From: Sphaerodactylus townsendi
Taxonomy: Eukaryota
Direction of reading: 5' to 3'
DNA length: 64,000 bases
Assembly (NCBI RefSeq): GCF_021028975.2
Contig: NC_059431.1
Location: 103,230,001-103,294,000 of the forward strand
Shown here: positions 37,101-49,100 of the stretch, in pieces
Numbering within the stretch: the stretch's first letter is position 1
Layout: the number at the start of each line of letters is the position of its first letter
Notes under the pieces: model-generated
What the model was told of the DNA's origin: nothing
Databases searched by the model: none
The model's input: only the letters and a program-made list of their open reading frames with translations
Translations under genes and position numbers: made by a program

Positions 37101-40100
37101 AGCAAATTAACAAAATTACATTAACAAAATTACATTGGTGTCCAGTATAAAACTTCATAAACCCACCCTGGAAGGAAACAAAATCAGAGAGCGGAGGGCC
37201 CCCATCAATATTAAAGGCCCAGAGTGTAAAGGGGGGCAGAAAGGGGGGGAAAGGGGTGCTCATCAGTGGCCGGCCCCCCCAAAAGCCCGGTGGAACAATT
37301 CGGTCTTACAGGCTAGCTGTAACAGTCTAGCTGGCCTGCCCTACCATCCAAGAGGCAATGATTAAACGTAGACAAGCTGAGGCCTGTTCCGCACATGCAG
37401 AATAATGCGCTTTCAATCCACTTTCAATGCACTTTGCAGCTGGATTTTGCTCTGCGGAATAGCAAAATCCACTTGCAAACAATCGTGAAAGTGGACTGAA
37501 AGTGCATTATTCTGCATGTGCGGAAGGGGCCTGAAGCCTGCTGCAAGGGCAAGAGGGAGACAGATCTGTGAAGCATGCATGTGGCTTCAATCCGCAACAG
37601 TTTCCATTGCAATTTTTCCATGTGAATGCAGGGATTGTTAAGTTGCATTTGAGTCTATGCAGATATAAGATTTGAGACTTGGGCAGCCCCATCCAAAGCC
37701 CAAGGTGATGGTATAGGGCACCACTATTGCACCTCCCTGCCACCTCCGGAGGGCTTTCAGCTGGCATGGGGAGGTGGGAACAACAACAAACTTCCCCAGC
37801 TGGTCAACAGCCCTCCATGGGACTGAATGGACTTAACGTCAGCTTTCTGGATGACCTTGAACCAGTCACACAATTTCAGTCTAACCTACCTCACAGGGTT
37901 GCTGTGAGGATAAAATAGAATGGTGCACAGCATTTTGGTTCCCCCCACTGGGAGAAAGGTGCGGTGTAAATGTATTTATTTATTATCAGATTTATATTCT
38001 GCCCCATCTTGACCAACGTTGGACTCAATGAGATAACTAATTAAATACTGAGGTGAGCGACAACTGTACCTGGACAAAGCCAATTACAACAGCACAGCTA
38101 CTGAACAGGAAAATGCCAAATGGAACTTCTGGAAAAGAGGCCATTAAGGAAAACTGCAAGGAAAAATGTGAGACCAGACACGTTATTCATAAGTAATTCA
38201 TTTGCACACTGCTTTTTAAAAGTTATACTCCCACCCACCCTTTCATCTTTAGTTGTACCAAGAATATAATCTTCTAAACTTTGCATGTAAAGTCTGAAAC
38301 AGATGATGAAGTACTCTGAAATCTGACATATATTGAAGAGAATGGAATTTTGTTAAAAAAAGAGCTGAATTTCCTATGATTCTTTACATAAGCAAATGCC
38401 TGTGTACAGCATTCTGCCAGAAACCAAATGGATCAGTAGCTTGATTCATGAAACAGCCTTTTTATACGGGAAAACTATTACAAGTCATTAGCACAAGACC
38501 ATTTGAAAACTGATGAAAATTTCCTTAAATTATCTGGCAGAACACCATTTGAGCCTGAGCAGGAAGAGGCGGATGGCTCTGTGGTGTGGAAAAGCAAGAA
38601 AAAAACCTTACTTCCCAACAACTCTGAACCTGGGGCAGCCAAACTCTGTGGAAAGGGCCTTCCTTGAGTACAGACATAGCATGGTCCTGGGTGGCCCATT
38701 CCTTTTAGCAATATTAGCTTGACTGAGAGGAACAGGTTCAAGAGAGCTGGCAAGGACACACAAGCCAACAGTGTCCTGGATGCTAGCTTGGGGGTTGCTG
38801 GGACTGGTCTGCAGAATGCTCTGACTTGGAACAGAAAACTCTGGAGTTTGCTCTAATGCTATCTATACTTTCTAGCTTCCACATATACAAGTAGCATGGC
38901 AGGGTCCTAGGAGAGGTGAACTAGCACAGCATATTGGCGTGGGATGGGATAATGAATTAGAAATCCTGCACCATGTCTCTGCTGCATAATTTATTTTAGA
39001 GCATTGTTGAAGGCTTTCACGGCCGGAATCACTGGGGTGCTGTGTGGTTTCCGGGCTGTATGGCTGTGTTCTAGCAGCATTCTCTCTTGACATTTCGCCT
39101 GCATCTGTGGTTGGCATCTTCATCTTCTGAAGATCCTTTGAAGATGCCAGCCACAGATGCAGGCGAAACGTCAGGAGAGAATGCTGCTAGAACACGGCCA
39201 TACGGCCCAGAAACCACACAGCACCCCACAAATTTAGAGCATGTTTAATATTACAGAACAAAGAGGTCATAAACATTTCAAGGAAACAATAACTTCATCT
39301 TAGCAACTGTAGCTTTCACATGGATTGAAATGTGGCTGGTTTTCTGTTTTCAGTTTGTGAAGCGTGAGCGATATTGAGTAATATTTGCAGCTGATGTGCA
39401 CAGTCCATGAATATGTAGGGTAATTATGAGTAGATTATTGCATATATATTAAACTAGGTTTATACCTTTTATACCTTGTATTTGTTTCAAACCAGTTGGC
39501 TATTTTTTTGTCTTTATATCTTTTTATTACAATTCATCATGACTTCTATTTATTTATATGTTAGTTTTGATATACCACCCCATCCCCTAAGGGGTCTACC
39601 AGTGGTGGGATTCAAATAATTTAACAACTGGTTGTTTACAAGCACCATTTTAACAACCAGTTCTGCCGAACTGGTGCGAACCGGCTGAATCTCACCACTG
39701 GCTCTACCCTTTGTATACTTCTGTCTTTACAATGTTCTACAGTATCCCCTCCCCACTAGGTGCTAATAATCAAACAAAGCAGTAATAACAAATGTTAAAA
39801 AACACAGTAGTTGCTTACCGTGTATGGCAAAAAAGTAATCAGCATCATACAGGCCTAGGAGGAGGAAAGTGGGATTTAACATATGAAGTCACTTGTGAGG
39901 AATATTAATACAACGTATTTATTGATTGATTTGATTTATCCCCTGATTTCCCCCCCCCAATGGGTATATATTATTCTTCACCCAAGATGGTGCCCACCCC
40001 TTCCTCCCAGAGCAAGTGGGTCTATCCCTTCTGCTGTGGTGTGCTTGCCGCTTGCCAAGGCCAAGGGACATGGGACCAGGGGCAGGGGCGTACACCCGCA

Positions 40101-43100
40101 CTTCCTCAGCCTCATTTTATCCTCACTGAAACCATGTGATGTAGGTTAGGCTAAGAATGTGTGACTGGCCCAGTGTCAACCAGTAAGCTTCCATGGCAGA
40201 ACTCGGGGTTGACCAACTTCTTTGAGCCTGCAGCCACCTTTGGAATTTTTAGAGCGGGAGGTGAACACAACTCCAAAATGGCTGCCCCAGGTGATGGAAC
40301 CAAAAATCAAAATATATGGGAGACGGAGCAAAATGCAATACATTCCTCCTTGTTTTGCAGTTGTGGAAAACCCTTTTATTTGAATGAGGACAACCAGTAA
40401 AAAAAACCTGACACCAAACACTAATATAATTTGATGGGCACCAAGGGAAGTACTGGCAGACACCATGGTCCTCATGGGTACTATGTTAGTTAACCTGTGC
40501 TGGCTGAACTGTCTAACATCTACATTGCACTGGCTCTCAAAAAGGGCCTCTTCACATTACTGTCTTGGCAATGCTGATACTCATTTCTGCACTGCAAAGC
40601 CCTAGGACTCGCTGAAGAAGCCTGTGCTGCAGTTTCTCTCCACATCAATATTGCCACAATTTTGGGAAGGAACATATGAGGCATATGAGAAAGCCACAGT
40701 ATATTCTGGGCTTGCAGACCTTGTCTTTGTGGTGCGACAATGATTACCACTGGGCATGGCAACGTAAAAAGGAATCTCAAATAAATTATACTGTGTCGAA
40801 TGATGAAGACTCTTGCTCCTGGGTTCTTCCCAAACCTAATCAGCACAGTCATGAAGTACACTGACAGTATGAAGAAACACTATCTCAGACATTCACAATC
40901 CTACATAGGAATCATTCCTAAAAGCTATTTAAGTCAATCGATTTTCCAGTTAGTCATGTAACAGGCTTTGTTCGNNNNNNNNNNNNNNNNNNNNNNNNNN
41001 NNNNNNNNNNNNNNNNNNNNNNNNNNNNNNNNNNNNNNNNNNNNNNNNNNNNNNNNNNNNNNNNNNNNNNNNNNNNNNNNNNNNNNNNNNNNNNNNNNNN
41101 NNNNNNNNNNNNNNNNNNNNNTAAAAGTAAGCTGTTTGAGCAAGAGCACCAGAACTTGAGTTTCTGGGGTGAGGAAATTTTGCTCTCCAATTTCTCGAGG
41201 CATTCCAGTAAGAACTTTCAGCATAGCCAAATGTTTATATCTAATACCTGAGCCTAAACTATGCCGTGCTCTTACACTTGCAAGATGCAACATCCTTCCT
41301 TCTTCTTTGAGGCAGGGGAGGGAACTGAAACTCCCTCACCATGAAAGACTGTGCATCTGCAAGATGAAAAGTCAAGAAACAGTTGATCCTCATTGCCCTC
41401 TGTACAGCATTGCCTGGTCTAGGTTGCTAGAACCTCTATTACTGGGCAGCAATGAACTTACTGAGCAAGAAAAGACTGTATTTCTTCTAAATGAGTAAGT
41501 TACAGATGTTCTTGAACAGACAGCTAAATTTCTTTGCTTTTATAATTTTTAATTACAATTGTAATTTAATTACAATTATTAATTACAATTGTAATTATAG
41601 GTTCTTAACTATATAACATTAGCACTGTGGTTATTTTAATGTTGATAGTTTTATATCTGTTGTGCTTACATTTTTTAAAGAATAACCTTGCTTAAATTTA
41701 TATGCCATAAAGGTTCCATACCAACTGAAGTAGTCATGTGTTATCCTCAGACCACTTTCCTATTTCTTGCATTAGACCACACAGCTAATCCCATGAAAAG
41801 TTCTCTTACGCTAGCCTCACTAAAATGAATGCCTGTTTTGCAAGAGCAGAGTTCTTCAGCAACTCCCGTTCAATTCATTATACTGAAAAGGAGAGCTTCC
41901 TGCGAGGCTGTGCTTTAGCGTGCACTGTGCTCTGGAACACAGAATCATAAAGTTGGAAGAGACCCCCAAGGGCCATCAAGTCCAACCCCCTACAATGCAG
42001 GAACCCACAATCAAAGCACTCCTGATAGATGGCCATTCAGCCCCTCTTTAAAAACCTCCAAAGAAGGAGACTCCACCACACTCTAAGGTGGTGCATTCCG
42101 CTGTCAAACAGCCCTCACTGTCAGGAAGTTTACAACTTTCAATTTCGTAATACTTTTTTGCAATGTTTAATTCAAATACTTTTGTTGCACTGACTCAAAG
42201 TCACAGCAAACCACAAACTGTTTAATGATTGGGGACCAGAACACCTGAAGGACCATCTCCTCCTGGATTTATCCAGTGCACCAGTTAAGATCTGCCCCTC
42301 AAAGCCTGCTCTCCGTGCCCCTACTTTCAGAGGTAGTAACTAGATGCAGGGCTTTTTCTGTGGTGGTTCCTTGCCTTTGAAATGTTCACCTCCTTGAGGT
42401 TCGCCTGGTGGGTTATCGCTTAGGAACCAGGTCAGAATTTATCCTTTTCCCCAGGCTTTTAATTAGGGGCTTTATATTTCCAGGTTTTTTTTAATGGTTT
42501 GCTTCTGGTCTGAGGCTTGTTTGATGGATAATTTCATGCTATTTATGCCTCTCCGTTTGTTTTAATGGTGTTTTTTGATTGATGCTTTATTATTTCAGGT
42601 GTAACCTGCCTCATGCAGGAGTCTGAAGCGGTGATATAGAAATATCCTATACAAATAAATGAACTTTCTTTTAATAATTGTTGCAGATTAAGACTCACCA
42701 AGTTTAGAAGTGCAAGAACATCATCTATGAGTTCAATCACTTGAAAAAGTCTGCAAAGAGAGACAGAGAGAGGAAGCCATTGATGATCCTCTGTGATGAA
42801 AGAAACATAGGCTCAACCCACACACGCAGAATAATGCACTTTCAAACTGCTTTCAGTGCTCTTTGAAGCTGTGCGGAATAGCAAAATCCACTTGCAAACA
42901 GTTGTGAAAGTGGTTTAAAAACGCATTATTTTGCGTGTGTGGAAGGGGCCATAGAAACACTGACAGGCATATTTTCAAAAAGTACAGGCTTTAAGATCCA
43001 TAACTGTCAAATGGATATTCAGGACTTTTACACAAATGTGGTCTTTTTCTCATTCAGTATACACTCCCTTTGGGTGTGATTCTTGGATATGTACATGATT

Positions 43101-46100
43101 TCCCTTCTTCGGCAGTCACCCTTTGCCCTTAGATCAGAAAATTGCTGCAGTTCCCAAAATCTGTTTAAGTGTGACTTTTTCCTCTTCCTTTGCAGGGAAA
43201 GTGAAGGAGATCCGTCTGTTAGCTTTCTTTGGGTTTTCTCGCTCCTCCCCACCCATACCACAGTAGTTCTTCCTACTATTTGGGTCACCATTTCAAAATG
43301 ATCAGAAGGGCTCTTTAAAAAATATTAATGCTGTGAAATTGACATGGTTTAGTGATGCAATGCTAGACCAAGAATCACACCTGGAAGACTCAGACTTAAA
43401 CCTCTTCTTGACCATGAAACTCAATATGTCACTCCGGACCAGTTGTTCTTTCTCAGCCTAACCAACCTCACAGGGTCGGTATGAGGATAGAAAGGGAGGT
43501 GGGAGAACCATATATACTATCCTGAGCATGTACAAGATAGACAGAGGCAAACAGAGGGAAGTATTTCTGCATCCAGTAGTAACCATCTTCTGGAATACAC
43601 TGCCACAAGATGATGTCATGGTCACTGCTTCAGAGAGCTTTCAGAGCAGATTAGACACAGAGAATAGGTCTATCCTCCACTTTTAGCTAGGAGGTCTAGA
43701 CAGTGCTTTCAGGCTGAAAGATGATACAGCACTGAGTAACACTTCCCTGATCATTAACAGTAACGTTACTTTGATGCCCTGCCTGTAAACCCCGCCGCCG
43801 CCACCGTGCACTGCCACCCACCCCCAGCAATCTTACTGGCCCTAGTGGCAAACAGAATATTTTTTGAAGGACATTTGGTCTAATTCAGCAAACCAACTTC
43901 AATTCTCATGATCATTTGCACTTAACTCGTAAACCATTTTATAGGATTGGGGGAGGAAGGCAGCTAGGAAGGAGAGAAAGAAACAAAAAGAGGTGGGGAT
44001 ATGGGGTCTGCCAGGAACGAGGGAAAATAGAAATAGTGTGATAGTGTGGGGAAATGGATTCAGTGGAAAATAAGGTGCCCTCTGCAGGTACTTGCAGGTT
44101 CCCCACTGTGCAACTGGGCTCATGTACCATGCAACTAGGACATAGTTCTCCTAGGTAGAGGCTGCCAGAGGGAAGGAGGGAGGGAAAACTGAAAAGATAA
44201 AAGGCAAAGGTAAATCTGCTAGTAAACAAGAAAGAGAGAAGGAAGCAGGAAAAAGACAGAGCCATGGGGGCCTTTAGAGAAGGGAAAGAAGAAATTGTGG
44301 GAAAGGGGAAATGCTCCCTGAAAGTCTTGCTTGTGCACTCCTAATTCCATACCTGACATGAGCTGCCCAAGCCACTGTTACTATTAAAAATGTCATCAGA
44401 TAAACAGCAATTCTGGTGGCCAGCAGCTGCTGAACACTTTCATTGAGTTCCTGAAACAAAGAACAACATTTGTCAAATAGACACATCATTTATCAAAGAA
44501 ATGACTGAGACATCACCTTGTGCATTTGCTTCTGAGAACAAAGAAAATATGCACTACGAGACAATTTCCATAAACGGGAGACTTTTCTACTGAAATAAAC
44601 CTTCTATCAATACATTCTCTATTCATCTTTTCCCAGGCATCTCAACCAAGCTGGCACACAAAGCCCCCATGAAAGTTATGCAACAGTAAACCTGGGAGTC
44701 TTCAAAATGCTCTAGGTCTCCTCTGTGTTTTCAACCACAGTCTTTTTCTGAACCACAGTCTTCATCTTCAGGGTGACAGGTAAAACAGTGGAAGAACCTC
44801 AACCCAAGATTTAATGTTTTGCTTAATCCTGACTCTTTACTGAGCATCACAAAATGTACCCCTTCACACTGTACATCTTATGGGGAACTGTTATCAAATA
44901 TACATTCCATTTCCTAACTCAAATGCCTTCTATGCCACAGATCTGACGCAGGGTACTTTCTAAGCTCAGTTTTCTCTCTGCTAAGAAACTGCTCCGGGGG
45001 TATTACGCAATAGCTTGGAAGTCATTCCGCAGTGAGCGGGAGCAAAGATGCGAGGCTATCTGTTATTTCCGACTGGATCTTTTATATGCCGGGCACAACA
45101 GTGGTGAACATTGAGCAGGAAAAAAAAATATGACCAGGGAACTGATGTGACTTTGGATCATTGGTAAACAATAAGTTGATCCTAAGCTTGAACTAAGCAG
45201 GATGGTACCCCGGCCAAGCCTGATCTTGTCAGAGCTTGGAAGCGAGCAGGGATGGCCAAGGTTAGTACTTGAATGGGAGATCATGAAGGGAGACGGGGGT
45301 TGCTGTGCAGAGGAAGGCAATAGTAAACCCCCTTTGCTCCTCTGTCACCCTCAAACCCCACACTCCTGAGGTTCCCATGAGTCAGTCGCAATTGATGGCA
45401 AACACTTGAATTTGACATAATTAGTGCTACTACATGCCATTTACCCTGATACTGGAACAACTGTCTATCTGCCATATACAAGTTATTAAACTGAGTATAT
45501 TATCAATAGGAAATGCACAGTACCTGATCAGGATGTATTTTTGTATGAGCCACAGGTAAAATCTGCAACAGAAAAGTCACATAAACTAAAATTATATATA
45601 CAGTTTCTCTTCTTTAGGAGAGTTAAGGGTTTTTTTGGAAAACAGCTGGGTGTCTACATGTGAGGTGCTAGAAAAAAAGTTCAAAGAGCAGGGTACTTCA
45701 GAATGAGAACCTGAAAATATTTTGATTAAATCTACTGGATTTTTAAAACTAGCACAAAAGTTAACCTGAGATTACACATAATTCTGGCTTAAGAAAACGT
45801 TAGAAAGGCAGATCTTCAACTTTTATCTCTTCTAAATTACCATCCTAGAGATTTGAGGTTCTGATAAGGAATGCATTAAAATTTTACTGGCAAATGCACT
45901 CCGTCATGTTACTTTTCAAATGACTATTGTTAAGTTTTTGTCTATTAAAATTATGAAAAAGTTCATATCCTCCACTTAATAGGAGGCATTTAAACCATAG
46001 CTTTAAAAGCTGTGTTGAGTACTGGGCATATTTTAATTAGTGATTGGATGGGATTTATAGTTTATATTTGTATTTTGATACATTTTAATATTATTTATTT

Positions 46101-49100
46101 ATGGAATGTGTGTGTGTGTGTGTGTGTGTGTGTGTCTATATCTGACGTTTACATTATGTTACGGCCTATGGTTAAAACATTAAAAATTTCATTTATTCAA
46201 TCAACCTAGAGATCTTCATCCAAAACTCTAAATGTAATTAAGCAAACCCCAATAGCGTAGAGAGGATTCTGACCCATCAGTAAAATTATAAGTGTATTAC
46301 CCTAAAACAACATAAGGAAAAGAATGTTTGAGGCAAGTGAAAGCCATCTGAAAGGTTTTTAGGGATGTTTGAACAGATTCATAATGCTGTTTTCACATGC
46401 TTTAGCCACCCTGCCCTAACTTATAACAAGAGCAGTTAAAGGGTGGCAGCAAATTGTTTTCAAAATGGGGTGCTGTGTGGTTTCCAGGCTGTATGGCCGT
46501 GTTCTAGCAGCATTCTCTCCTGACGTTTCGCATGCATCTGCGGCTGGCATCTTCAGAGNNNNNNNNNNNNNNNNNNNNNNNNNNNNNNNNNNNNNNNNNN
46601 NNNNNNNNNNNNNNNNNNNNNNNNNNNNNNNNNNNNNNNNNNNNNNNNNNNNNNNNNNNNNNNNNNNNNNNNNNNNNNNNNNNNNNNNNNNNNNNNAGGG
46701 GCTCCGGGCAGAAACTCTTCATGGCCTCTCTATTTTTTCACATTGCAAGCCTCCCCTCACCTCTGGGAAGCCTCTATGGGAATGGCTGGCCAGCACCGCA
46801 TTGGTGCCTTAGCCCACAGCCTCCGGCCTGCTAAGTTCTACTAATGACAACCTAACTATTCTGATGGCAAAAAGAAGCACAATTGAGAGACAGGTTTTGA
46901 ACCATGAGCTAAGAACATTCACTTTAATAATGAAGAAAGCCTCAGCAACCATTTAGGATAATTGTTTAAAAATGTCACAGATACAGGCGAAAAGTCAGTA
47001 GAGAATGCTGCTAGAACATGGCCATACAGCCCGGAAACCACACAGCACCCCAGTGATTCCGGCCGTGAAAGCCTTCGACAATACATGTTTTCAAAGTGTT
47101 CAATGGCTTTAGTATTAATAATTGGCCCCATCAACAGAGTAGGCATGTTATATTGTGAATAAAATCCTAAACTTGGACCAATGAGGTCCAATTCGAGTAT
47201 CAATGCATCATAATTCTCAAAGGATGATCTCAAAGCAGTTGCGCTCTTGTAGCCTAATCTACTTTACAGGACTGTTGTGCATATGCAACGTCACTCTGCA
47301 AGGCCAGGATACAAAACCAACTGAAAAAGCAGTATTTTGGCAGCACATTGTATGCAAAAGTATAATGTCTACGCCCCAAGGAGGTTAAAATCAAAGATAT
47401 GTCCACAGATTGTGTACACTGCGATACCAAAAGGAGTAAAAGGAAATCATGTTTCTAGATGAAGTAGGGATCCTAATTGGCTTTAGGGAGTGTAAATACA
47501 GCACCAAGATTAATGAATGTTGACTTGAACAAACGTGATCATGTGCAAAGCTGCGGCTGGTACAAAGCAAGGGAACTAGTGAGTAATATCCTTATTCTAC
47601 AATAATGTTTAATTTCTTCAGAAGAGAGGGTCTGGGACCGCATCTTTTTATTTAAGTCTTCAAGTTTAATGGTGGTGCCACAGGATGAGATTACTGGTGT
47701 AAACTTTGTTGTGTTCAAAACAAGCAGGAATCCAGCAGCTCAGTATCAACATGTTCTTCCAGTTCATGCTTTCATGTTTGAAGAGGAGAGTCCTAGGACA
47801 CAAAAGCTTCCACTGGAATAAAACGTTTTTAGTCTTTAAGGCGCCACCAGGCTGTTGTTTATTTTTATGCAGCAATTTTAATACAATCTGAAGTAGGAGG
47901 CTCCAGCCCGCAATCTTTGTTGTGTTAAAAACAAGCAGGAATCCAGCAGCACTTCAAAGAGTATCAACATGTTCTTCCAGTTCATGTTTTCCTATTTGAA
48001 GAGGAGAGTCCTAGGACACCAAAGCTTGCACTGGAATAAAAAGTTGTTAGTCTTTCAGGTGCAACCAGGCTGCCATTTATTTTTATTCAGCAGTCTAAAT
48101 TAAATCTGAAGTAGGAGATTTCAGCCCACTCGAGTATGAACTGGAATAAAACATTGTTAGTCTTTCAGGTGCCACCAGGCTGCTGTTTATTTTTATTCAG
48201 CAGTCTAAATTAAATCTGAAGTAGGAGATTTCAGCCCACTCGAGTATGAACTGGAATAAAACATTGTTAGTCTTTCAGGTGCCACCAGGCTGCTGTTTAT
48301 TTTTATTCAGCAATTTTAATGCAATCTGAAGCAGGAGGCTTCAGCCCAGTGGTGGGATCCAAAAATTTTAGTAACAGGTTCCCATGGGGGTGGGATTCAA
48401 ACAGTGGCGTAGCGCCAATGGGGCTGGGTGGGGCATGATGGGGGCGTGGCCAGGCATTCTGGGGCGGGGCATTGCTGGGCGGGGCTGTGGCAAGGACGCA
48501 GCTGATGCTCTGGTCCTTGGGCAGGAAACGAATGGACGTGGCGCGGAAGGGCTACCGCGCATTGCACCTCCTGCTAGACTGCTTCAAGTTCACAATGTGC
48601 AGCTGCCTGCCAGCAGGGGAGGAGAGTAGCTTCAAAGGCAAAAATCACGTGGCAAAATCACCAATTAGTAACCCCCTCTCGGCACACACAAACAATTAGT
48701 AACCTACTCTCGGGAACCTGTGAGAACCTGCTGGATCCCACCTCTGCTTCAGCCGGCTCAAGGAGGAACTGGAATAAAACACTGTCACCTTTCAAGGCTC
48801 TACAGGTCTCCCACGTTGCTGCCACCACGGCCACTCAGTGGCAAACAAAAGCACTCTGCATATGCTCAGAAAAGCAGCAACACGTTTCTGTCATTTTTAA
48901 GAGCTCTGGACAGTGGACAACCAGCTGGGTAGCTGCCTGACAGAAAATGCCAAGCAGTTTAGATCCCCTCACGCCTGCTGCATTTGGCCGGGGAGAGGGC
49001 GGGATCCCAACTGCCCTACATGCGAATGTGGTGACTTTGGCTTTTGAGTGTTAAAACCCCAGCTGTGCCAGCAGCTTCCCGGTTCCGCCGCTGTTTGGAC

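Noticed and set aside
41541-41600. AT-rich palindromic repeat AATTACAATTGTAATT
   Set aside because: Low-complexity local duplication with no evidence of function.
45203-45300. 5S rRNA gene (and tRNA-like heads at 9743, 17738, 60943)
   Set aside because: Diverged, truncated and fused to SINE bodies, so not functional RNA genes.
48645-48652. TFEB CLEAR site near TMEM175
   Set aside because: TCACGTGG is imperfect and is a standard part of the hAT MITE, also present in the 2937 copy.
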